This document shows positions 1 to 6,867 of a DNA stretch of 32,000 bases, one piece after another. Positions within the stretch are counted from its first letter, which is position 1; every line of letters starts with the position of its first letter. The notes under the pieces are model-generated. The model was not told the origin of the DNA, searched no databases, and saw only the letters and a program-made list of their open reading frames with translations. The translations under genes and the position numbers were made by a program. The DNA lies in the NCBI GenBank assembly GCA_029269845.2, contig CP149973.1, positions 210,001 through 242,000 of the forward strand, given 5' to 3'. Source of the DNA: Opitutia bacterium KCR 482 (GTDB lineage Bacteria; Verrucomicrobiota; Verrucomicrobiia; Opitutales; Intestinicryptomonadaceae).

Positions 1-1649
1 TTGCCGTGGAAGACGTAGAACATTGCAGTGCCCGTTCCCGCGCGGTAGCCGCCGCCGCGCTCGTTGCGCTTGTCCCCGAACGCGTCGGCGAAAGAATCCA
101 GAAGGCGCACGGCGAGCGCGTCGGCGCAGTCGTCGTCGAGACCCATTTTCGGGGCTTCGTTGCGGAGTTTTCTCAGCAGCTCGGGCGCGTTTTTGAAATT
201 CGTGCGGACGGCCTCGAGCATATCGGAAGCCGAAACGGATTTTTCGTCGAAGCAGTATTTTTTCACCGCCGCCAGCGAGTCAACCGCCGTCGAAATACCC
301 GTTCCGTGCACGCCGTAGTTGTTATATTTAAGGCCGAACGAAATGTCGCGCCCCCTTTCGATTGCGTCCGACATAACCGACATCATCGGCGCGGGCTTCA
401 TATAAATGTTGCGGTGGCGCAGACACATTTCGTCGGCGCGGGCTTTGATTTGGCGCTCGACGAGCGAGTAAAACTCGTCGAAAGTTGCGCAGGTCGGCAG
501 GTCGGCAAGCGCGAAGCTTACGCAGTCGACGAGCGAAAGCGCGTCGATGTTGGGAATGTCCGTGCCGCACTTGGGCACGATAAACTCCCAACACGCGGCA
601 ACCACGTATTCGTGCGCGTCCTCGGGCGAATAACCCTTCTCGATGAGGCTCGGAATCACAACGTCGTCGTTGCTGTACTGCGGGAAGCCGAGCCCGATTT
701 TGGTAAGCTCCGACCCCTTTTCGAAAACCTCGAGCGGCGTTTTCGAATCTACGCGGATATTGATTTTGGGGTCGATTAGCGCAAGTTCGTAGCTTGCCCT
801 CAGCGCCATTTCGGAAAGCTCGTTGAACATATATTCGCCCGAAAGCGAACGCCCGCCGAGCACAAGGCTCTGCCCGTTGTCGCCCTGCTGCATTCCGATG
901 TAAAGGTCGCTGTCCTTGTTGCACGAAAGGAAAAATTCTTCGAGCAAATCGAACGCCTCATCTTTCGAAATTTTGCCGCCGTCGACGTCTGCGCGGTAGT
1001 ACGGATAAAGGTATTGGTCAATCCGTCCGAGCGTGTTGTGGTAGTTGCCCGCCGCCCATATCGAGAAGTGCATAATGCGTAGCAGCTGCAACGCCTGGCG
1101 GAAGCTTTTCGCCGCGCCTCCGCGCACTGCCCGCAGGACTTCGGCGATGTCCGGCTGTCCGATTTTCTCCGCTTCTATCGCATACCTGTCTATCAAATTC
1201 TGAACGGCTTCAATCGAGCGGATTGCCGATTCCAGAAAGATGCGCCCCTGCGCGTCGGCCGTTTCGAGCCCTTTTTTTGCCGCGGCCTTGCGCGAGTCCA
1301 AACCCTCGGCGAGAACGCGCTCGTAGTCGGGCGAAAGGTTGAAGACCTCTCCCTTTTCGTGGATGAAATGCGTCGTCGAAATCTGCTCCCATTCCGACGG
1401 CGTGAAGTAGTCGGGAATGTCCCTTATCGTGCGGGTGAAAACTATTTTTTCGTTCGGCAGAATAACGGGAGTTTCCGCGGCGAGAAACGCCTCGAACATT
1501 CTGCCCGACCGCTCCTGCGCCGTCATTCCCGCCGCCCGGAAGTCCTCCGCCAGTTCGTCGAGACGCGCCGATTTCGCGTCGCGGCGGAAGGCTCTGTGAA
1601 GCCTGTCGTCCACGATATATTTTTTTAGTGATTGTATGCGTTTGTTCAT
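1..1649 (-). CDS. Glycyl radical enzyme (PFL2-like superfamily), N-terminal 549 codons only; the C-terminus with the glycyl loop lies beyond the left edge
   Basis: Absent from the supplied ORF track because there is no stop inside the window. Hand translation of the minus frame from ATG 1649..1647 is open to the edge: MNKRIQSLKKYIVDDRLHRAF...SFRQALQLLRIMHFSIWAAGNYHNTLGRIDQYLYPYY...MFNELSEMALRAS...GFPQYSNDDVVIP...EYVVAACWEFIVPKCG...GYRAGTGTAMFYVFHG. GRxDQYLYPYY, NELS and the Cys-x-Glu loop are GRE hallmarks. ATGA overlap with the upstream activase stop. Confidence 0.85.
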   Translation of the reverse strand, partial: MNKRIQSLKKYIVDDRLHRAFRRDAKSARLDELAEDFRAAGMTAQERSGRMFEAFLAAETPVILPNEKIVFTRTIRDIPDYFTPSEWEQISTTHFIHEKGEVFNLSPDYERVLAEGLDSRKAAAKKGLETADAQGRIFLESAIRSIEAVQNLIDRYAIEAEKIGQPDIAEVLRAVRGGAAKSFRQALQLLRIMHFSIWAAGNYHNTLGRIDQYLYPYYRADVDGGKISKDEAFDLLEEFFLSCNKDSDLYIGMQQGDNGQSLVLGGRSLSGEYMFNELSEMALRASYELALIDPKINIRVDSKTPLEVFEKGSELTKIGLGFPQYSNDDVVIPSLIEKGYSPEDAHEYVVAACWEFIVPKCGTDIPNIDALSLVDCVSFALADLPTCATFDEFYSLVERQIKARADEMCLRHRNIYMKPAPMMSVMSDAIERGRDISFGLKYNNYGVHGTGISTAVDSLAAVKKYCFDEKSVSASDMLEAVRTNFKNAPELLRKLRNEAPKMGLDDDCADALAVRLLDSFADAFGDKRNERGGGYRAGTGTAMFYVFHG

Positions 1650-2401
1650 AGAACAGTATATTTTATATTGTTTTTTGTGAATTCGTCAATAAAATGCGGT
1701 TGTTTCTCTGTGTCGAATGTCGGAGAATATTTTTTGCCTACCATGTAATATTTTGCGCCGGCCGTCTTGTGGTACGGCAGAATTTCGACGCGGACAAGGC
1801 TTTTCGCCCCCGCGAGAATCTCCGAGAGCGCGAGCATATTTCCGCGCGTGTCGTTGACCGCCGGAATCAGCGGAACGCGCACGATAAACGGGCGCGCTGC
1901 GGCGCAGAGCCATCGCAGGTTTTCGAGGATTTTTGCGTTGTCGACCCCCGTAAATTTTTTGTGCGTTTCGGAATCGACGGCCTTGCTGTCCATTAGAACC
2001 AAATCTACGGCTTCGGCGATTTTGCGGAACACTTTCGGCTCGGCATAGCCGCTCGTTTCGACCGCGCAGTGTACGCGCCCCTTGAGGCGCGAAACAACGT
2101 CGAAAAGGAATTCGTGCTGGGCAAGAGGCTCGCCGCCCGAAAAGGTTATTCCGCCCTCGTTGAGAGCGAATATTTTTTCGTCGCGCAGAAGTTTTTCGGC
2201 AAGCCAGCCCGACTCGACAACGCGCCCGCAGACCGAAGTTTCGCCGTTTTTTTTGACGAGCGTTTCGGGCGCGAACGAAAGCCCCTCCGGGTTGTGGCAC
2301 CACTGGCAGCGCAGCGGGCAACCCTTCAAAAATACGGTCGTGCGAATCCCCGGTCCGTCGTTTACGGCGAAGTCTTCGATGCTGAAAACCGTCCCGAGCA
2401 T
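1646..2401 (-). CDS. Glycyl-radical enzyme activating enzyme (radical SAM, short PflA-like type)
   Basis: 251 aa. N-terminal FAVNDGPGIRTTVFLKGCPLRCQWCHNPE (CX3CX2C radical-SAM cluster plus the GRE-activase signature). GGEPL SAM-binding motif. Stop TGA 1648..1646 overlaps the GRE ATG. Confidence 0.9.
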   Translation of the reverse strand: MLGTVFSIEDFAVNDGPGIRTTVFLKGCPLRCQWCHNPEGLSFAPETLVKKNGETSVCGRVVESGWLAEKLLRDEKIFALNEGGITFSGGEPLAQHEFLFDVVSRLKGRVHCAVETSGYAEPKVFRKIAEAVDLVLMDSKAVDSETHKKFTGVDNAKILENLRWLCAAARPFIVRVPLIPAVNDTRGNMLALSEILAGAKSLVRVEILPYHKTAGAKYYMVGKKYSPTFDTEKQPHFIDEFTKNNIKYTVL

Positions 2402-2407
2402 TGCCGT

Positions 2408-3484
2408 TTAGCGTGCCGAAAATGCGTAGCGGCAGACGTGTTTGTAAACCCGCCCCTTTTTCAGAACTGTCGACGGAAAATCCGGCTGGTTCGGGCTGTC
2501 GGGGAAGTGCTGCGTTTCGAGCGCGAAAGTACCCCTGAATGCGTACGGTCTGCCGCTTTTGCCGATTTCGCCGTCGAAGAAATTTCCGCCGTAAAACTGC
2601 ATTGCAGGCTCTGTCGTAAAGACCGACAAAACGCGCCCCGAAACGGGGTCGAAAACCTCGGCGGCGAAGTCGAGCGCGCCCTCCGCGGATTTGTTCAAAA
2701 CCCAGTTGTGGTCGTAGCCGTTGCCGCGCTTCAGCTGGATGTCGACGCACCCCAAACGCGAGCCTATTACCGTCGGGCGCGTGAAGTCGAACGGCGTGCC
2801 CGCAACGTCCATAAGCTCGCCCGTGGGAATCATATTTTCGTCGATAGGCGTAATGCGCGAAGCGTCGATTGTCATAACGTGGTCGTTGATGTCGCCGACG
2901 CCCTCGCCGTGCAGATTGAAGAACGAATGGTGCGTAAGGTTTACGATTGTGTCGCCGTCGCTTGTCGCGGTGTGGACTACTTCAAAGGCGTCGTCGTCGG
3001 TAAGGCGGTATGTCATATCGACGGCGAGCGTTGCGGGATAGCCTTCGTCGCCGTCGGGCGAGAGAAGGCGGAATTTTATTTCCGATTCGTCCGCCGAAAC
3101 GACGTCCCAAACTTTCATATCGAAGCCTTTGAAACCGCCGTGAAGCGAATTTTCGCCGTTGTTTACGGGCAGCTGATACGCCTTTCCTCCGAGCGAAAAC
3201 CTGCCCTTTGCGATGCGGTTGCCGAAACGCCCGATTGTCGCGCCAAGAAAACGCTCGCCCTTGTAGTTTACGTATTCGTCGAGCGTTTTGTGCCCGAGCA
3301 CAACATCGGCAAATTCGCCGTTCCTGTCGCGGACAAAGAGTTCGACCACGCGCGCGCCGAAGTTTGTGACCGACATTTCGGTGCCGTTTTTGTTTTTCAA
3401 AATGTAAAGCCCGACCTTTTTCGAATCTATTTGCGCGTCGAAATCGGCTGGGTTGAGTTTGCTGAATTGTTTTTTCCGCTGCAT
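2408..3484 (-). CDS. galM: Aldose 1-epimerase (galactose mutarotase family)
   Basis: ORF 2408..3622. Likely start is the internal ATG 3484 (MQRKKQFSKLNPADF...). Motifs VNLTHHSFFNLHGEG, NSLHGG, FALETQHFPDSPNQPDFPS. Only 6 nt lie between its stop and the activase start. Confidence 0.85.
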   Translation of the reverse strand: MQRKKQFSKLNPADFDAQIDSKKVGLYILKNKNGTEMSVTNFGARVVELFVRDRNGEFADVVLGHKTLDEYVNYKGERFLGATIGRFGNRIAKGRFSLGGKAYQLPVNNGENSLHGGFKGFDMKVWDVVSADESEIKFRLLSPDGDEGYPATLAVDMTYRLTDDDAFEVVHTATSDGDTIVNLTHHSFFNLHGEGVGDINDHVMTIDASRITPIDENMIPTGELMDVAGTPFDFTRPTVIGSRLGCVDIQLKRGNGYDHNWVLNKSAEGALDFAAEVFDPVSGRVLSVFTTEPAMQFYGGNFFDGEIGKSGRPYAFRGTFALETQHFPDSPNQPDFPSTVLKKGRVYKHVCRYAFSAR

Positions 3485-3516
3485 TAAAAGAGTTGAATAC
3501 CCTTTTGACGTGTTTT

Positions 3517-3561
3517 GCGAGAAAAAAAACTCCTTTCGCGGTCGGAGTTTGCATTTCTCGC
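3517..3561 (-). promoter_or_regulatory. Compound hairpin / terminator-like element in the leader of the galM-activase-GRE operon
   Basis: Minus-strand RNA reads GCGAGAAA-ugc-AAACUCC-gaccgcgaaa-GGAGUUU-uu-UUUCUCGC. The inner 7-bp stem is followed by a U8 run; an outer perfect 8-bp stem can sequester the U tract. The element ends 32 nt upstream of galM ATG 3484. Confidence 0.4.
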
Positions 3562-4092
3562 AGAAGTTGGAAATAATGGCAGAAAAGCGCGGGGTAGGGC
3601 TGTTGTCCTTTCTCCAACGCAAACATTCTTTTAACCATTGTTCCGATGGAAATCGTCGGTGAATACGCCAAACTTTGCGCTTTTCTTAATGATAAATCTT
3701 GTGCGATACGTTTGAATTGAGCATATTGGCGCGGAATTGGCGCGATTGCTGCTCATAACCCGTTAGAAAAGTGCGATAAGCCCCACGATTGAGTCAAAAA
3801 GGGGCGGTTTTTAGCTTATAATAGACAGACTGTTTAATAATATTTTCGCTATTTGCCGCGATTTTCAACCCAACAAACGCCTTCATAACTAATTTATATT
3901 ACGTTTGTTATGTTTATTTTCGCAGGCCGGACACGCGAAACAAAACCCAAGCGCTTTTCGATTTTCACGAATTAGACATAATATATATTGTGCGACAAAT
4001 TTGTTCGGCGGAGTTTGATTTATTATGCGCTTTTTTGGTGCGGCTTTCTTTGCAACGCGCTTTGTGTTGGCGCGTTTTTCAATAATTGCCGT

Positions 4093-4629
4093 TTAGAATT
4101 TGATAACATATTTTTTCAGGTCTTTGCGCTGGTCGGAGCTATATGAGTATATTTTAAGTAGCGACGTTGCAAACCATGCGGCGAATCCGATTCCCGTAAA
4201 AATCCACGGCGTCATTGTGCCGAGCACTTTTATCGGGTTCGGGTCTACCGCGTTTATTATCATGAAATTGAACGAAATCACCGCCATGGTGAAGTCTATT
4301 GCGAGCATTATGCCCAAGTCGAAAAAGCTCACGCGTTTTATGAAGTCGCCGCGTTTCGACACTATATGGTCGCCAAAATAGCTCAGCCATGCGAACGGTC
4401 CGACCAGCACGATGTCCGTCAGGAAAAGCGCGAGCGACATGAACATTTTATAGCCGTCCAGAAAAGCCTTGCGGAACGACAGGCTCACTTCGGGATATTG
4501 TTCGGCGACAAGCCTCAAATTCTCGTCGCTCGTGAAGTTAATATATGTCAGCGCAAAAAACGAAACGCCGAGCAACGCCCAAAAAAGTTTGCGCGTTATG
4601 CCTGCCGGTTTTCGATTTTGCGCCGCCAT
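4093..4629 (-). CDS. Hypothetical integral membrane protein (about 4 TM helices)
   Basis: 178 aa. Hydrophobic stretches LFWALLGVSFFALTYI, MFMSLALFLTDIVLVGPFAWLSYF, FFDLGIMLAIDFTMAVISFNFMII, WIFTGIGFAAWFATSLL. Its ATG (4629) directly abuts the stop of the upstream ACT gene (4630..4632). No family recognised. Confidence 0.6.
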   Translation of the reverse strand: MAAQNRKPAGITRKLFWALLGVSFFALTYINFTSDENLRLVAEQYPEVSLSFRKAFLDGYKMFMSLALFLTDIVLVGPFAWLSYFGDHIVSKRGDFIKRVSFFDLGIMLAIDFTMAVISFNFMIINAVDPNPIKVLGTMTPWIFTGIGFAAWFATSLLKIYSYSSDQRKDLKKYVIKF

Positions 4630-5016
4630 TTAGCCGAAAATGCGCTCCGCCGCGTCGATATCCTTAAACGACATCACCATTACGGGCTTGTCGTTTACGG
4701 GGCGCGTCATTGCGTACATATATTCCACATTCAGCCCGACTTCCGACGCCTTTCTGAGGATTTTCGAGAGTTCGCCGGGTTTGTCTTCAACTTCTATTGC
4801 AAGCACTTCGACGAGTTTTGCAAAAAATCCGTTATCTTTGAGCGTACGCGCCGCTTTTTCGGGGTCGTCCACGATTGCGCGGACAATTCCGTAATCTTTT
4901 GTTTCCGAGATTGTTATGGTGTGGAGATTAATGTCCGCCTCGGCGAGCGTCTTGCAGACTCTTTCAAGGTGTCCGGGGGTGTTTTCCAAGAATACGGATA
5001 TTTGTTTTATTCTCAT
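4630..5016 (-). CDS. ACT domain-containing protein (the type found with IOR/PaaK clusters)
   Basis: 128 aa with two ACT-like halves: ISVFLENTPGHLERVCKTLAEADINL and LAIEVEDKPGELSKILRKASEVGLNV. Sits 15 nt downstream of the ligase. Confidence 0.8.
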   Translation of the reverse strand: MRIKQISVFLENTPGHLERVCKTLAEADINLHTITISETKDYGIVRAIVDDPEKAARTLKDNGFFAKLVEVLAIEVEDKPGELSKILRKASEVGLNVEYMYAMTRPVNDKPVMVMSFKDIDAAERIFG

Positions 5017-5031
5017 GTCGGGTTTTCCTTT

Positions 5032-6363
5032 CTAAATTTTTCGGTTGTCGATGACTCTTTTCGCCTTGCCGTCGGAGCGCGGGATTTTATTGGGTTCGAC
5101 AATTTTCACTTCGATTTTGATTCCGACTATGTTTGCAATCGACGTTTTGATTTTCTTGCGGAGCGCGTCTAGCTCCGAAACGCTGTCGGCGTAGTATTTT
5201 TCGTCTACTTCCACTTCGACCGTCACGGTGTCGAGGTCTTTTTCCCTGTCGAGAATGATTCTGTAATTCGGCGTGCATTCCTCGACCCTCATCAGCGCGA
5301 CTTCGATTTGCGACGGGAACACGTTTACGCCGCGGATGATGAACATGTCGTCGCTTCTGCGCCCTATTCTGCGAATGCGTCGGAGCGTTCTGCCGCATTT
5401 GCACGGCATGGTGATAATCGACGTAATGTCGTGGGTGCGGTAGCGGAGAATCGGCATCGCCCTCTTCGCCAATGTCGTGAGGACAAGCTCGCCCTCTTCG
5501 CCGTCGGGGAGCGGTTCGCCCGTTTCGGGATCTACGATTTCGGGGTAGTAGTTATCCTCCAAAATGTGGAGACCGTTCTGTTCGGAGCACTCGCAGCCGA
5601 CGCCGGGGCCCGTGATTTCGGAGAGTCCGTAGATGTCGTGCGCGACGACGTTCGTGTTTTTCTGAATGAAATTGCGCATTTGCTCCGACCACGGCTCCGC
5701 GCCGAAAACGCCGTGCGAAAGCGGCAGTTTTTTCATGTCGATTCCGTATTTTGGCGCGACTTCAATCAAGTGGATAAAGTAGCTTGGCGTGCAGCAGATT
5801 GCGGTTGTGCCGAAGTCGCGCATAATCATGAGCTGGCGTTCGGTGTTGCCCGTCGATGCGGGGATAACCGTGCAGCCGAGTTTTTCCGCGCCGCCGTGCG
5901 CGCCCAGACCTCCCGTAAAGAGCCCGTAGCCGTAGCAGATTTGGACGAAGTCTCCCCTATTGATTCCGCTCATGAGCAGGCAGCGCATGACGGAGGTTTT
6001 CCAAACGTCCATGTCGTCTTCGGTGTAGCCTACGACAATCGGCTTGCCCGTCGTGCCGCTCGATGCGTGCAGCCTCACGACCTCGTTTGTGGGGACTGCG
6101 AAAAGTCCGTATGGATATGTGTCGCGGAGGTCGGTTTTCTGTGTAAACGGAAGCTTCGATATGTCGTCGATGGACTTGATGTCGGACGGTTTCACGCCCT
6201 TTGCATCCATTCTTTCGCGGTAGAGGGCGACGTTTTCATAGGCGTGCTCTACCATCGCCGAGAGCCTTTGGGACTGGATGAATCTGAGCTGTTCGCGCGG
6301 CAGGTAGTCCATCGCGCTTACGGGGTTGAATTTTCCGTTTTTGTCGTTCCAATTTTGAGCCAT
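5032..6363 (-). CDS. paaK: Phenylacetate-CoA ligase family protein (aryl-acetate/CoA ligase)
   Basis: 443 aa. LPFTQKTDLRDTYPYGLFAVP, HASSGTTGKPIVVGYT (AMP-binding P-loop), YGLSEITGPGV, RYRTHDI, C-terminal KAKRVID. Classic PaaK architecture. Confidence 0.9.
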   Translation of the reverse strand: MAQNWNDKNGKFNPVSAMDYLPREQLRFIQSQRLSAMVEHAYENVALYRERMDAKGVKPSDIKSIDDISKLPFTQKTDLRDTYPYGLFAVPTNEVVRLHASSGTTGKPIVVGYTEDDMDVWKTSVMRCLLMSGINRGDFVQICYGYGLFTGGLGAHGGAEKLGCTVIPASTGNTERQLMIMRDFGTTAICCTPSYFIHLIEVAPKYGIDMKKLPLSHGVFGAEPWSEQMRNFIQKNTNVVAHDIYGLSEITGPGVGCECSEQNGLHILEDNYYPEIVDPETGEPLPDGEEGELVLTTLAKRAMPILRYRTHDITSIITMPCKCGRTLRRIRRIGRRSDDMFIIRGVNVFPSQIEVALMRVEECTPNYRIILDREKDLDTVTVEVEVDEKYYADSVSELDALRKKIKTSIANIVGIKIEVKIVEPNKIPRSDGKAKRVIDNRKI

Positions 6364-6387
6364 ATGTGTACGGAAATTGTGCTGCTG

Positions 6388-6864
6388 TTATTTTTTCGAA
6401 TTGCGCCCGAGCTTGAAGGCCTCCTCGTTTGCATCGCGGAGTTTTTCGGGGAAGAATTTTGCGATTGTTTCAAGCCAGCGGTTTTCGGGAATGTCGAGGT
6501 AGTTGCTGAGCACGCCGAGAGCCGCTACGTTTATAGCCTTCGCGCTTTTGAGCTTTGATACGTCGAAGTCGGCGGGCGAAATCACCACGCCGTCGGGCGC
6601 GAGCGACGACTTGTGGACGTCAGACCATTCGGGTTCGAGCGACAGCAAAAAGTCAATCTTGCCCTCTCCTATCATCGGGCTTACGACTTTTTTGCCGAAG
6701 CGCACGTCGCTTGATATCGAGCCGCCGCGTTGCGACATTCCGTGGACTTCCGCCTTTTTGACGTCGTAGCCCTCTTCGAAAAGCAGTTCGCTGAGAATAA
6801 GCGACGCCTTCAAGACGCCCATGCCGCCGAGACCCGCAGTGCGAATGTTTGTAGTTTTTTCCAT
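6388..6864 (-). CDS. iorB: Indolepyruvate:ferredoxin oxidoreductase, beta subunit
   Basis: 158 aa. GLGGMGVLKASLILSELL...HGMSQRGGSISSDVRFG is typical of the gamma-type domain of 2-oxoacid:Fd oxidoreductases. Lies 3 nt after iorA. Confidence 0.85.
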   Translation of the reverse strand: MEKTTNIRTAGLGGMGVLKASLILSELLFEEGYDVKKAEVHGMSQRGGSISSDVRFGKKVVSPMIGEGKIDFLLSLEPEWSDVHKSSLAPDGVVISPADFDVSKLKSAKAINVAALGVLSNYLDIPENRWLETIAKFFPEKLRDANEEAFKLGRNSKK

Positions 6865-6867
6865 GGT

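Noticed and set aside
2069-3487. 472-aa plus-strand ORF opposite galM and the activase (also 6..779+, 1686..2750-).
   Set aside because: The Arg/Ala/Val-rich, motif-free translation is typical of shadow ORFs antisense or out of frame to GC3-rich genes. The opposite-strand genes have unambiguous family motifs.
4025-4096. 23-aa hydrophobic plus-strand mini-ORF (MRFFGAAFFATRFVLARFSIIAV) with GGAG 11 nt upstream; toxin-like or leader peptide?
   Set aside because: It overlaps the hairpin at 4054..4076 and the stop of the minus-strand membrane gene. The hydrophobicity follows from T-rich sequence, and there is no independent support without homologues or Ribo-seq.
5308-6558. 416-aa plus-strand ORF antisense to paaK and iorB.
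   Set aside because: Shadow ORF spanning two real minus-strand genes and their spacer.
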